64,000 nt of DNA from Eledone cirrhosa (Eukaryota). The notes beneath the pieces were generated by a model, which was not told the origin of the DNA, did no database searches, and saw only the letters and a list, made by a program, of their open reading frames with translations. The stretch lies in contig OZ024740.1 in NCBI GenBank assembly GCA_964016885.1, positions 186,806,001 through 186,870,000 of the forward strand, in the 5' to 3' direction. The position numbers were made by a program, and so were the translations under genes. Below are positions 11,076-24,819 of this stretch, piece by piece (position 1 is the stretch's first letter; each line of letters opens with the position of its first letter).

Positions 11076-11529
11076 ACAACATTCTTATAGATTAATAATA
11101 AAAAGAAAATAAAGAAATGGTAAAGAATAAAAGATTTAAAAGAGAAAATTGGCAGGTATTGTTTTTTTTTAAATATGACAATAACCACGCCTCTCCAAGT
11201 CAAACTGATGTTTAATATAATATTATCACGATTTGAGCTTGAAGCTAAGAACTATTGGATTTCTATATCAAAGAAATTAACTTATCATTTCTGCATTTTA
11301 GGCCTGAGTTTCAGTTCACCTCTAGTTCATGTGTATGACAACAAAATTGAAGTTTCGTACCTATTTCAACTGACTTTGATGTCAAGAAGAACCATATTGA
11401 ACTAATGGATACTTAAGCCATAGAACTCGACTTGTTTCAAGCTTGTTAATGAGAAGTATAGACACAATCACTTTTATCTTGGTACTTTCCTAACTAGTCA
11501 ATAAGATTTTGTTATTAAGTGTAGATTTC

Positions 11530-11905
11530 TGTGTGTGTGTGTGTGTGTGTGTGTCTGTGTGTGTGTCTGTGTGTGTGCGTGCGCGTATGCGTGTGTATGT
11601 GTGTGTACATGTGTTTGTGTGTCTGTATTATACGTATGTATAAAATATCTATAGATAAATGTATGTGATGTGACTTGTGTGTGTGTGTGTATATATATAC
11701 ATACACACACCACACATATACCAATATGGTAAATCGAACATAAAATAATGAGGATGGTGGCCATGTATGAGTATGTGTATGTGTGCATGCATATATGTGT
11801 GTGTATGTGTATATATATATATATGCATCATCATCATCATCATCATTTTACGTCCGCTTTCCCTGCTTGTATGTATGTATATATGTATATATATATATAC
11901 ATATA
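11530..11905. repeat. Compound (TG)n/(TA)n/(CAT)n microsatellite with a short RTE/SINE tail
   Basis: Direct reading; catcattttacgtccgctttccctgcttg at about 11840-11869. Confidence 0.85.
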
Positions 11906-11906
11906 T

Positions 11907-12308
11907 GGGAGAGATGACCCCTTAGCCTTTGTCAAGGCAGAATTCTAGGAGAAAGAAAACTCTGATATAACACCTGCAACTCTGATGGTATCCAATGATG
12001 TTGACTTGTTCTTCTTTTTGGTAAATATCATCTTGGTTAAGAGAGTGGGACTGGCTTTGTGCAGTGCCTTTGCTCACTATAAAAGCTTCACGGCACAGGC
12101 ATTGCTTTATATCTGGAGATCTCTCTGCACTTGTCGTCACATGGTACCATGGGCCTAGCACTGTGTCAATAATTGTCACAGGTGTAGTGTTTGTACCAGA
12201 GTTTTCAAGTCGCTGGCTGGACTAAAGTCACATTCGTTCAGCGCATTGGTAGGAGTTCTCCTTCATGGATATAAAGTAGTGGCCGTACTCGAAAACGAGT
12301 TGGCAGCA

Positions 12309-12311
<3 letters not shown>
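11907..12311 (+). mobile_element. Bipartite non-autonomous RTE derivative (5' UTR-like part joined to a zinc-finger 3' end)
   Basis: ggcagaattctaggagaaagaaaactctgat resembles RTE-BovB-type 5' UTRs (from memory); 3' part encodes CSVCTRVFKSLAGLKSH and ends ggccgtactcgaaaacgagttggcagc, matching 44750-44820 and 45952-45978. Confidence 0.65.
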
Positions 12312-12363
<52 letters not shown>

Positions 12364-12967
12364 TGAGAGAGAGAGAGAGAGTGAGAGAGAGAAAGGGAGT
12401 GAGAAAGTTTTCATAGATTGATTAACTTTCAGTTACATTCCAACAACTGAATATTGCACAGTTTTTGTATTTTCAGATAATGAATCAAATACACCTCTAC
12501 ATATTAAATGTTAAAAACAAATGAAATAAACAGATCTCTGTTGGCTTCCATTGTGAATATTCCAGTTGTTTCATCAACTGAACTGTCTATGTATTGAACT
12601 AGTCTGCAGGTAGTAGAGTATTCCACAGACACATGTACCCTTAATATAATTCTCAGGCAGAATCACTGTAACACAGTATGTAACATATGTAGCCTTTTGA
12701 ATTACAGCTACAGTCTAATCAATGAGTTATGGCATTCAATAATTCAATAATATACCCAATGAATGACAATTGTTGAAAATATCATACTGATTGCATATAT
12801 GAATCATCATCATCATTGTCATTTTAACATCCACTTTCGCTTCTATCTAGGATATATATATATATATATTACAGAAAATTATACTTCTTATACTATAGAT
12901 ATATGTAAATATTTAACATCATATGCATGTTTTAAGTATATATGTTTATGATATATATATATATATA

Positions 12968-13158
12968 ATGAAGGAGGTGGGGTAAAGAACCAGATGGACC
13001 ATAACGCACCAGAGTACTCAATACTTAGAGTAGTAAAGTGGGTAATAGGAAAATGTTTAACCCCGACAGCAGAGCTCAGTCCGTTTCGATGGCTATTTCT
13101 AGTCCAGAAATAGATGTCGAAATGGCTTGAGCTCTGCCGTCGGGGTTAAACATTTTCC
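12968..13158 (-). mobile_element. Short non-coding fold-back element in (TA)n (copies at 30216-30406 and 32741-32939)
   Basis: Shared attacccactctactac...gtattgagtactctggtgc body and a hairpin built on gagctcaagccgtttcga...tcgaaacggcttgagctc. Confidence 0.75.
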
Positions 13159-13388
13159 TATATATATATATAAATGTAAGTATGTATATATACGTACATA
13201 GATATATGTATACAGACATACAGTAGTATTTATATATATACATACATGCACACATATATATATATGTACGTATGGGTTTACCGAACATTTATTATAATGC
13301 TCAGTTTGTTTGTAAACAAACAGCCCGAATTATGCCGTACAGTGTTCAGGCAACCATCGTCACCTTTTTGTTCAACACTGACACAGGA

Positions 13389-13431
13389 ACGATGTACTAG
13401 TTTCAAGCTTATTAGCTATCATCAGCATCGT
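13389..13431 (-). ncRNA. Minimal type I hammerhead ribozyme
   Basis: Minus strand: acgatg CTGATGA tagct-aata-agctt GAAAC ta GTA catcgt; 6-bp stem I, palindromic ACUAGU stem III typical of dimer-acting minimal hammerheads. Confidence 0.8.
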
Positions 13432-13825
13432 ATACCTTTCTGTCAGATGGTTGAACGTCTGAAATTATATACCTTCCTTGTGCATATTAACGGCTGAGCA
13501 GCCTAATTTGCATATCGAGTGAGTTAGTACCAGCCGTACTAAGAGTGAGAAATGAAATTTTGTTTCATTCTTTTCCATTTATATATATATATATATATAT
13601 ATATGTCATTATAATCATCATTTAACATCTATTTTCCATGGTAGCATGGGTTAGATGTGTTGTCCCTTTGTGAGACAGCCATGTCAGAGGACCATGTTTT
13701 GCTCACACAGAACTGATTTGGACTTGGTTTCTATGGCTGGATGCCCTTCCTAATGCCAACCACATTTTCAATGAGTACTGGGTGCTTTTTGGTTATGACA
13801 CTTACATGACCACTTTACACACATT

Positions 13826-14506
13826 ATCATCATCATCATCATCATCAACGTTTAACGTCCGTGTTCCACGCTTGCATGGGTTTGGACGGGGGTAGTCCCA
13901 CTTGAGGCAAGAGTGATTGTCTTGCTCGCATAGGACTGTCTGGCAGGTTTTCTACAGTTGGATGCCCTTCCTAACACCAACCACATTTACAGTGCGGGTC
14001 TGGGAGGTTTTTACCGTGTTGCCTACACGGCCACATTACAGCGTGGACTGTGTGTTTTTTTGTCGTGACACCTACACGATCTCATTTGTTTCGGCCTGGA
14101 TGGCGCGGCACCAACATAACTTTACATAGAACGGGGTGGTGTGGATGGGGTGGGGGTGGTGGTGGTGGGACGGGGTGTATTTTGTTAGAGATGCCTACTG
14201 GCTGGAGTAGGTTTTACTATATATTTAGGTAAGGCGGGTCTTCTCTGTTACTGAGTACCGCCAAAGGTCTCGGTCCAGTGACATTGTCTTGGAGAGGTGT
14301 AAGTGTGTGATGTCGGAGTTTATCAGCTCGTCCCAGGTTTTTCTAGGTCTGCCTATTCCGTGACTACCGTCTATCTTTATTGCCCTGCACTTTGTTATAC
14401 AGCTATCGACTTTCATGCGCATCACGTGTCCATACCAACGTAGCCTTCTCTCGAGTAAACAACATCTGATCCCTCTTATCTCTAATTTTTTCCTTAGTTC
14501 GTTTAT
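13826..14506 (-). mobile_element. 5'-truncated RTE family 1 copy
   Basis: Almost identical to 1841-2520. Confidence 0.93.
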
Positions 14507-15769
14507 ACATACATATATATATTGGTTGCAATTATAAGGGTATCTAGCCATAGAAACCATAGCAAAATATGGAAAGTATGGGCAATATATGATATTCAAA
14601 CAGTCTTGTTTCAGACCGTGACAATCCATATAACCCCTACCAGCTTAGAAAGCAAATGTATGGTGATGATGATGATGAGGATAATGGTGATGATGACATA
14701 TTTTTACATAAATTATTGGAAATTTATCAATATTTGCATATAGAAAAATACATAAATGCATATATATATATATACATGTATATATATATACATGTGTGTG
14801 CATTATAATGTCTTTGGTGTTTCTAACTATATTCATATTATCCATAAGAGAATAATTCTCTATATTTTTTGTTCTTTTGGGGCATACAAAGCCATTACGG
14901 TAGAGTATTATAGATTACAGGTTGGATCAATAAAGAATATGAACATGTCAATAAGGATCAAAGAATATGTTGCTAAAACTGAATTCTACAAATCTTTTGT
15001 GTAAATTATTCTGTGCACTGTGATAAAATTCAGAGATAACGGGACAGAAAATGTTTCTTGTACAAATGGATAAGTTGCCATTAAGGGAAGGCTAAACTAA
15101 ATGATTACCGCAAAGCTTTAATGTAAATGGTATCATTTAGTCATGATCTTTCTCATGAACTATTAGCTTATACGTCAACTTCAATGGATATTACCATGAT
15201 ATTGTATATCAAAAGTGAACAAAAACCATTCTGATATATTTTCCAGAAGAGTATAATACTGTTTGGATAATATTCATGCCATTGAGAAAATGAGTAAAAA
15301 GTACTTTCATGTAACATTAGCATAAAAGACATCAGGTTTTCTTTAATCACACATCTTGCATCAATACCATCAACATATAATATAACAACCTAAACAATCA
15401 ACCTTAATTCTGTTCTACAGAAAATTTTCAACTCTGATTTACATAGCCGAAAAATACATTGCTTTTTATTTCCTTGCTGGGTGATAGCTAGATGTAAATC
15501 TTGATAAAATAGAATTATTTAGAGAATAGATGTAGGAATTGGCAATTATTTATGCATAATAGGAATTAGTGATTAGAGTGGTGAGAACGAAAATACTTAA
15601 CTATATGCTTTGATGCCAAACAGAGATAACAGATATTTTATTTAAATCAGATAGTTAAATAGGAAGGGAGGAATGTATTCCCAAACTGGAAATCAAACTC
15701 AAATGTTTGCAACAGAATGGACTCTGGTAAAGACACCTAAATGCCACATGGTAGTATTAAACAGGGTGG

Positions 15770-17050
15770 TGGTTTAAGTCAACCACCTAAGAAGGCCATG
15801 GGGTGGTGATGAACTCAGAACATAAAGTGCAAGAATAAATACCACAAAATATCCTCTCTGAGGCCTGAAATATTCTGCCATTTCATTGTCCTAGACAGCT
15901 ATTTTATTGACCTCTGAAGGATGAAAGGCAAAATTGACCTTGGCAAGTTTTGAACTCAGAATGTAAGGAGTTGAAATAAATATTGCAAGGCATTTCATCT
16001 TATACTCTAACACTTCTACCAATTTACTGCTTTTAAAGAAGTAATGTGTGAATAATGGCAATAATTGTGTCTTTCCAAATCAAATTAATGGTGAGAAGCC
16101 TGCAATCCGAGACAAAACGATATGTCAATAGAAGTAACAACATCTAAATCACCTCAATAAAATGAGTAGCCTCAACACATATATAGGTAAAAGTCATTGA
16201 TTGCCAAGTTCCCAGGAATCACTTACTGAGTGGGGTAGAACACATCAAATTGGACCAAGGAAACAATGTTTCCATTGGTCTTTCCATTGCTAATATTATC
16301 TACCATTTGCAACTCCTGGCAGAAAGAGGAATGTGAAATAAAATGTCTTGCTCAAAGACATAACACATCACCTGGTCTGGAAATCTAACTTACAACCTCA
16401 TGATTGTAAATCCAATTTTCTAACCACTAAACCACACACCTTCATTAAGACACAACATAAGGCAAGATAAAAGGTAGAACAGGAAACATAGATACCTGAA
16501 ATAATTCATATTTTTCTAATTATTATTCTACTGTTTAATCTACAGCAGAAGGATGGGCAATGACAATGACATTTTTAGTAGGACTTCTATGATTAGGAGA
16601 AGAAAAGAAAAAAGAAGCCATAGCTCTTGACTCATAAGTTACTGCAGTATGGTTGCATATGCCATATTATCTTCACATCAAAGATTTAACCATAATGCTT
16701 GTAACAGAGTAGACTCTGCTAGAAACATCCAACGGATATGTTGTGGCATTAAATTGTCTAAGAAACATCTAAAGTCTGTCTTAAACCTGGGGTTCATCAG
16801 GTCGATGCTTAACCCAGTTTCATTGGCATTAAGTGACTGAGAGTATGAGACTCCCCCTTGGACAGGATGCCAGTCCATCACAGTGTTAAACACTCAGCTA
16901 TTGCAGGTACTCACTTTCAGCTGCATATACTGGAGCATTGTGAAATGAAGTGTTTTGCTCAAGAACACAACACACAACCCAGTCCAGGAATCGAACGCAC
17001 AATATTATGATTGTAAGTCCGGCACCCTTTCCACTTAGTCGTGTGCCTCC
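15770..17050 (-). mobile_element. Cluster of old SINE relics (families A and B)
   Basis: gaaggatgaaaggcaaaattgacc at 15917; aaatgtcttgctcaaag at 16340; tggagcattgtgaaatg...gctcaagaacacaac at 16930. Confidence 0.65.
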
Positions 17051-18797
17051 ACTTAGTAACTTGGGCAACAGATTAAAACTTCCATCTAAAAACAAGAGGT
17101 GCAGTCAGTCATCCAATAGACTTTTGTAGTTTCCTTCTACTTAATGTCTCAAACCCAGAACCGTGATTATTAACCAAAGTAAATTACGCCACAAATATGT
17201 CTGTTGTACCTGATATGAAAATAGTAAATTGTAAACATAATTAGCCCCTATTTTGAAATAATTATATTTGGGTAATAATGGAAAGTGTGGTGAAAATAAA
17301 GCAATTGAAACAATATGATCTTGAAGGAAGTACATGTATTTTATGTATTTCTTTATTCATTTATATTTTCCATTTTATTTATTATAATTATTTATTAATA
17401 TATTTTGCTTTCAACCATTCTTTAGTCATAAACCAAACCAAAAGAGAAAATGAGCAATATCACTATGAATATCATCACAAATGTCAACATTGCAGATGGG
17501 AGGCAGAAATTACCAAACATTTAATAGAAGCTGGGGAAGTAGGAAATTGTATATAGTCACACAACACATCTTATCTTCTTCTATATACCAATCCACATGA
17601 GACAGCCTGTGCTTCTGTCATACAAAACTGTCTGTTTTAAAGTGTTTATATTAATTTTATGCAAGAAATTTGGTTAAGTTATCTTCTAAACATCAATATA
17701 TAAATAAATAGAAATATTTTACTAAATGCTACCAAATTCTTGATTATTTTCAAAGGCAATGTATTTCATTAGAACTATGAACATGAAAAGGTTAAAAAAA
17801 TATTCAAGAAACAAACTAAAAGAAAAAGGAAATTCAAATAATGCAATATATTGCTTTATTTAAATAAATATTTAAAAACCAGATAAAGCAATATATAACT
17901 AATGCTATTGAAGACATTAATATTTGTTTATCAACGTATACAGCTGTTTAATAAATATTAGAAAACTAAGGATGTTTTAATTAGTGATAGTCTTTGAATT
18001 TTAACCTCTTTTATTACTTTTATTCACCTCTTCCAAACACGTTTTTAATTAGAAATGAATAATAATGTTCCATAAAAGATCTCTATGTTTGAACACACAC
18101 ATTCTCTTTTCTTTCCCTCTCTTGTGGAAGAAAACCTTATTGTCCCAGTTTCTACATAAAACAAGCATTCTATATTAAAATAAAGCGGTTAATTGGCTTA
18201 ATCATTAGAACAGTGATTTAAATGTCTTGGGATATTTGTTCCTGTTTTCTGTGCTCTGAGTTCAAATTCTCCTGAGGTCAACATTGCCTTTCAGGTTTTC
18301 GGGGTTCATAAATATATAAAATACATGGGTTAGCAGAATTGTTAGTGTTGGGGGATACCTTACAGTATATGTTCCAACTTTGCGCATTCTGAGTTCAAAT
18401 CCAGACTCCTGTCATGGAGGAACATAATTGGACTGGGAACCATATCCCTAAAATAGCCAATAAGTTACCTATGAGATGGAAGCTCATAGGGGAAGGCTAA
18501 AACTAAGAAGGTAGAATCACAATATATTTTATATCACTCTCATACCTGTATGCATATAGATACATAAATATTTACATACATGTAGAAAAAGGTAAAAACC
18601 CACTCTGCCTCTTCTCCTGCATAGAGTACTCCACTGATTTGCGGTCTCCCTGGTCTCAGCACCACACACTATATAATACATATATATTTATATACATACA
18701 CACACATATATATATTTACATACACACACGCATATATATATATATATATACATACATACACATACACACACACACGCACACATATATATATATATAT

Positions 18798-18880
18798 ACG
18801 TGGGAAAGTAAGAAATCGGAGAATAGACCGTTAAAACATGTTTTAACCGTCTATTCTCCAATTTCTTACTTTCCCACGTG
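18798..18880. repeat. Near-perfect spacerless palindrome (~41-bp arms)
   Basis: acgtgggaaagtaagaaatcggagaatagaccgttaaaaca|tgttttaaccgtctattctccaatttcttactttcccacgt. Confidence 0.85.
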
Positions 18881-19339
18881 CTTATGCTCTGCTAACTCTC
18901 TAGCCCACTAAATATTAACACTTCGAATATTTAATACTGCCGGCACTAGTATCGAGCACATTTGGAATACGCTACTTGGCAAATAACTATATGTATCACC
19001 TATCCTACCCTTTTTCTCTCTCTCGATACGTAAATACTGTATATATATATATACATACATACACATACATACACACACATACACACACACACGCACACAT
19101 ATATATAGGTGGATACCTGTGGTATGTTGGGATGTGACCATAGTTAAAACAGGAACTCAATATGTTAGTAGATTATAGACATTATTTATTTTATTAGAGA
19201 AATGACTTTTACGTAACTAGAACTGTTTCAGACAATTTCTGTCATATATATCTATATGCTACTAAAACTCTGATCTTGATTGTTTGCTTGCTTGCTTGCA
19301 CACACTTTCTCTCTATATATATGTTCATATTTGTGTATA

Positions 19340-19432
19340 TACAGGTTGTCCCCCGAAAAATGTTGTATACCCACTTTGATTGCCTATAAATGCATTATTT
19401 GTTAGGATGGTGTATACAATTTTAGGGACCCC

Positions 19433-19465
<33 letters not shown>

Positions 19466-19888
19466 TGTCCCAGAAAAATGTATACACACTTTGATTACCT
19501 GTACAAGCAATATATATATTGGAATGGTGTATACATTTTTAGGGACCCCGGTATATATATGTATATATATATATATATGGTGTCCCCGAAAAATGTATAC
19601 ACACTTTGATTACCTGTACAGGCAATATATATATTAGAATGGTGTATACATTTTTAGGGACCCTGGTATATATATATATATATATATGGTGTCCCCGAAA
19701 AATGTATACACACTTTGATTACATGTACAGGCAATATATATATATATTAGAATGGTGTATATATTTTTAGGGACCCCGGTATATATGTATATACATATAT
19801 GGTGTCCCCGAAAAATGTATACACACTTTGATTATCTGTACAGGCAATATATATATATTAGAATGGTGTATACATTTTTAGGGACCCC

Positions 19889-19945
<57 letters not shown>

Positions 19946-20234
19946 TGTCCCCGAAAAATGTATACACACTTTGATTACCTGTAGAGGCAATATATATATT
20001 AGAATGGTGTATACATTTTTAGGGACACCGGTATATATATATATGGTGTCCCCGAAAAATGTATACACACTTTGTTTACCTGTACAGGCAATATATATAT
20101 TAGAATGGTGTATACATTTTTAGGGACACCGGTATATATATATATGGAGTCCCCGAAAATGTATACACACTTTGATTACCTGTAGAGGCAATATATATAT
20201 TAGAATGGTGTATACATTTTTAGGGACCCCGGTA

Positions 20235-20266
<32 letters not shown>

Positions 20267-20573
20267 CATGGTGTCCCCGAAAAATGTATACACACTTTGA
20301 TTACCTGTACCGGCAATATATATATATTAGAATGGTGTATACATTTTTAGGGACACCGGTATATATATATATATGGTGTCCCCGAAAAATGTATACACAG
20401 TTTGATTACCTGTACCGGCAATATATATATTAGAATGGTGTATACATTTTTAGGGACACCGGTATATATATATATATATGGTGTCCCAGAAAAATGTATA
20501 CACACTTTGATTATCTGTACCAGTAATATATATATTAGAATGGTGTATACATGTTTAGGGACCCCGGTATATA

Positions 20574-20604
<31 letters not shown>

Positions 20605-21308
20605 GGTGTCTCGGTAAAATGTACACACACTTTGATTACCTGTACCGGCAATATATAAATATTAGAATGGTGTATACATTTTTAGGGACACCGGTATATA
20701 TATATATATGGAGTCCCCGAAAATGTATACACACTTTGATTACCTGTAGAGGCAATATATATATTAGAATGGTGTATACATTTTTAGGGACCCAGGTATA
20801 TATATATATATGGTGTCCCCGAAAAATGTATACACACGTTGATTACCTGTACAGGCAATATATATATTAGAATGGTGTATACATTTTTAGGGACCCCGGT
20901 ATATATATATATATATGGTGTCCCCGAAAAATGTATACACACTTTGATTACCTGTACATGCAATATATATATTAGAATGGTGTATACATTTTTAGGGACA
21001 CCGGTATATATACATATGGTGTCCCCGAAAAATATATACACACTTTGATTACCTGTACAGGCAATATATATATTAGAATGGTGTATACATTTTTAGGGAC
21101 CCCGGTATATATATATATATATGGTGTCCCCGAAAAATGTATACACACTTTGATTACCTGTACAGGCAATATATATATTAGAATGGTGTATACATTTTTA
21201 GGGACACCGGTATATATATATATGGTGTCCCGGAAAAATGTATACACACTTTGATTACCTGTGCAGGCGATATATATATTAGAATGTGTATACATTTTTA
21301 GGGACCCC

Positions 21309-21369
<61 letters not shown>

Positions 21370-21445
21370 TGTCCCAGAAAAATGTATACACACTTTGATT
21401 ACCTGTACAGGCAATATATATATTAGAATGGTGTATACATTTTTA
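19340..21445. repeat. Tandem array of 19 ~88-bp MITE-like units separated by variable (TA)n
   Basis: Each unit ggtgtccccgaaaaatgtatacac...gtgtatacatttttaggga(c/a)ccgg has ~24-bp terminal inverted repeats; unit 1 begins TA|CAGGTTGTCCC as in Tc1/mariner TIRs. Confidence 0.9.
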
Positions 21446-21766
21446 TATAATACTAAAAGTCTGTGATTGATTGATTGCTTGCTTATCTGTAATGTAATAC
21501 AGCCAATAGGGCGCATAATGGGAAAATACTTTGAAAGGAAGTTGACCCTGAAATGGGAATACAAATGGAACAAAACAAATTTTGCTTAATTCGGACCGCG
21601 GGTTCCCGTCATATGGGGTTTTGCTGGTGCCTTCATAAACAAAGTAAACAAAGAGAGAAAAAGATAGAGAGAAAGAGATAGTGGCTGTGAGAGAGTAGAT
21701 TGAAAGAGAGACAGAAAGAGGGAGAGAGGACAGAGAATGAAAATGAAAGAGAGCTGGTAGTGCTGT

Positions 21767-21807
<41 letters not shown>

Positions 21808-22101
21808 GTGTGTGTGAATATATATATATATATGTGTGTGATTATGACCAGTGCATGTAGATGACAGACATCCACATATATATATATATACACACACATA
21901 CATATATATGTATATGTTTACACACACGCACACATATATATATATACATACACTCACGTATATATATAGACCTTCCAGTTTCATTTCACATTATATACAT
22001 GTCTGTGTATATTTTTATTATTTAAAAATTATTTTTAAGTGAACACGATTTTAAAAAATATTTTAAAGTGAACATGACCCAACGGGTCACGGGTGGTCTA
22101 G
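21446..22101 (+). mobile_element. Non-autonomous Helitron-like element
   Basis: 5' tatataatactaaaagtctg followed by (GATT)/(GCTT) repeats; 3' hairpin tgaccc-aac-gggtca then CTAG|T; a related 5' end A|TCtatatgctactaaaactctg at 19251-19300. Confidence 0.7.
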
Positions 22102-22143
22102 TATATATATATATATATATACATACATAAATATATATGTATG

Positions 22144-22192
<49 letters not shown>

Positions 22193-22244
22193 GTGTGTAT
22201 ATATATATATATGTATATATATCTGTATATATATATGTATTTAT

Positions 22245-24171
22245 ATCATCATCATCATCATCGTTTAACGTCCATATTCCATGCTTGCATGGGTTTGGAC
22301 GGGAGTTTTCCCACTTGAGGCAGGAGTGGTTGTCTTGCTCTCATAGGACTGTATGGCGGGTTTTCTACGGCTGGATGCCCTTCCTAACACCAACCACATT
22401 TACAGTGCGGAACTGGGAGGTTTTTACCATGTTACCTACACGGCCACATTACAGCGTGGACTGTGTGTTTTTTTTTGTCGTGACACCTACCCAACCTCAT
22501 TTGTTTCGGGCTGAATGTTGTGGTACCAACATAACTTTACATTGAAAGGTGTATTTTGTTAGAGGTGCCTACTGACTGTAGTAGGTTTCAATTTGTACTT
22601 AGGTAAGGCGGGTCTTCTCTATTACTATGTAGCACCAAAGATCTCGGTCCAGTGACATTGTCTTGGAGAGGTGTAAGTGTGTGAGGTCGGAATTTATCAA
22701 GTTGTCCCAGGTTTTTCTGGGTCTTCCTACTCCATGGCTACCGTCTATTTTTATTGCCCTGCACTTTTTTATACAGTTGTCGTCTTTCATGCGCATCACG
22801 TGACCATACCAACGTAGTCTTCTCTCGAGTAAACAACATCTGATCCCTCTTATTTCTAATTTTTCCCTTAGTTCGTTTATGCTTTACCGTTCACGTATAT
22901 TACTATTACACATCCAGCAGAGCATGCAAGCTTCGTTCCTCTCCAGTCAGCCTATATCCTCTGCACACAATGCCCAGGTCACACTGCCATGCAACATTGC
23001 TGTTCGTATGCAGGCATCATACAGCCTGCCTTTCATTTTTAGGGAGAACCCTTTAGTGGCTAATAGTGGTATAAGCTCTGTGAACTTTTTCCATCCAGTT
23101 CTGACTCTAGCTACTGTACTTTCAGAGCACCCTCCCCCACTGCTGATTTTGTCACCCAGGTAACGGAAGCTGTCCACTATTTCTATAGAACCATCTGTGC
23201 AATGGAATGAGCTAGTATTCTGTGGGCACTTGCTGCTACTTATTGCACCAGAGCACTGGCCACATATAAAATCTATGTTCTTAGTTAGCTTACCTGCGAT
23301 CCCACTATATCTTTTATGCACCCATACTTTGCATTTGGGACATAAAATGGAGGTTCTATCTACTCCTTTCCTACACACTGAGTATGTCCATTTCCCAGAT
23401 GGGATCGGTGCCCTATTTTCCTTCCTACAAACTAGAACTTTAGTCTTAGATAGGTTAATTTTAAGGCCTTTTGCTTCTAGGCCATGCTTCCATGTTTGGA
23501 ATTTCTTCTCTAGTTCGGCCATTGATTCAGCTATGAGCGTTAGATCATCTGCGTATAGGAGTTCCCATGGGTAGCCGGTCTTAAACCCCACTGTTATAGC
23601 CTGAAGTGCAATAATAGTAGGGGACTAAGAACGGAGCCCTGATGAACACCAACTTTTACGCTAAACTCTTCACTATATTCGTTATTGATTCTAACCTTGC
23701 TGACTGTTTCTTTATACATGGCTTGAAAAGAGCATCTGTGGTACTTTTAACTGACACAAACCCAAACTGCATTTCATCTAGATCAATTCTCTCTCTGATT
23801 AGTTGCGCTATTACTTTGTCTGTGACCTTCATGACCTGGTCGATTAATTTAATGCCTCTATAGTTACTCCTATCTAGGGCATCTCCTTTACCCTTGTAGC
23901 AGTTAATGATGATGCTGCTACACCAGTCCTTCGGAACAAACCCATTCTGTATGACTTGGTTTACTATCCGGGTGACCATAGTGTGTCCCACAATTCCAGA
24001 AGCTTTCAGCATTTCAGCAACTATTTCCGAAGGCCCAGCCGCCTTACCCGTCTTCATATCTTTGATTGCCTTACTTATTATACTACCTTCGACTAACACT
24101 GCTGGTCCCTCTATTGGGTCGATGTGGGGGAGACCATCATCATTAAGGACACACTTCTCCCCAACAATATC
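22245..24171 (-). mobile_element. Older RTE family 1 copy with internal deletions and frameshifts
   Basis: ORFs 22599-22799, 22947-23591 (LYADDL) and 23656-24099 align to the 24.8-28.0 kb copy; deletions near 23725 and 24135. Confidence 0.92.
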
Positions 24172-24259
24172 GCTTTAAAGCGATGAAATACCAATGATGG
24201 TTGGAAGATCACTGATGAAGGACTAACTTTATTCATATATATATATATATATGTATATA

Positions 24260-24354
<95 letters not shown>

Positions 24355-24364
24355 ACATATATAT

Positions 24365-24666
24365 AGTAAAAGAAAATGCTGACAAATTTTTCCCAGTGAA
24401 AAATAGTTTAATTTAGGAATAAGTATAAATTAGTAATAAGTATAGGTTAGTATTCAGTTTTAGGTTTAAGTTTTTACTGAAGTTTGAACATCACGAGCGC
24501 TATATCTCAAAATTATTATTGAAAAGCATTAGAAATGCCCAACCAGTAAAAACTTAAAACTAAAACTGAATATTAACCAATACTTATTACTAATTTTTAC
24601 TTATTCCTAATTAAACTATTTTTCACTGGGAAAAATTTGTCAGCATTTTCTTTTCCTTTTTACTAA
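24365..24666. repeat. Inverted pair of a non-coding repeat also found at 28020-28401 and 28735-28905
   Basis: aaaagaaaatgctgacaaatttttcccagtgaaaaatagttt versus aaactatttttcactgggaaaaatttgtcagcattttctttt. Confidence 0.8.
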
Positions 24667-24781
24667 TATATGTGTCACACCTCTATTTTTTTTTTAAATA
24701 TATATATATATATATATATAAACTCGTATATATATAGATATATATATATAGATGTATATATATATTCTTTAGACTTACTTT

Positions 24782-24816
<35 letters not shown>

Positions 24817-24819
<3 letters not shown>

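Noticed and set aside
15168-15390. Possible minus-strand exon (ttag|GTTGTT...GAC|gt), 60-70 codons open
   Set aside because: No homology recognised and no partner exons found
19340-21445. CRISPR-like look of a palindromic repeat with variable spacers
   Set aside because: Repeats are ~88 bp, spacers are only (TA)n, there are no cas genes, and the context is eukaryotic
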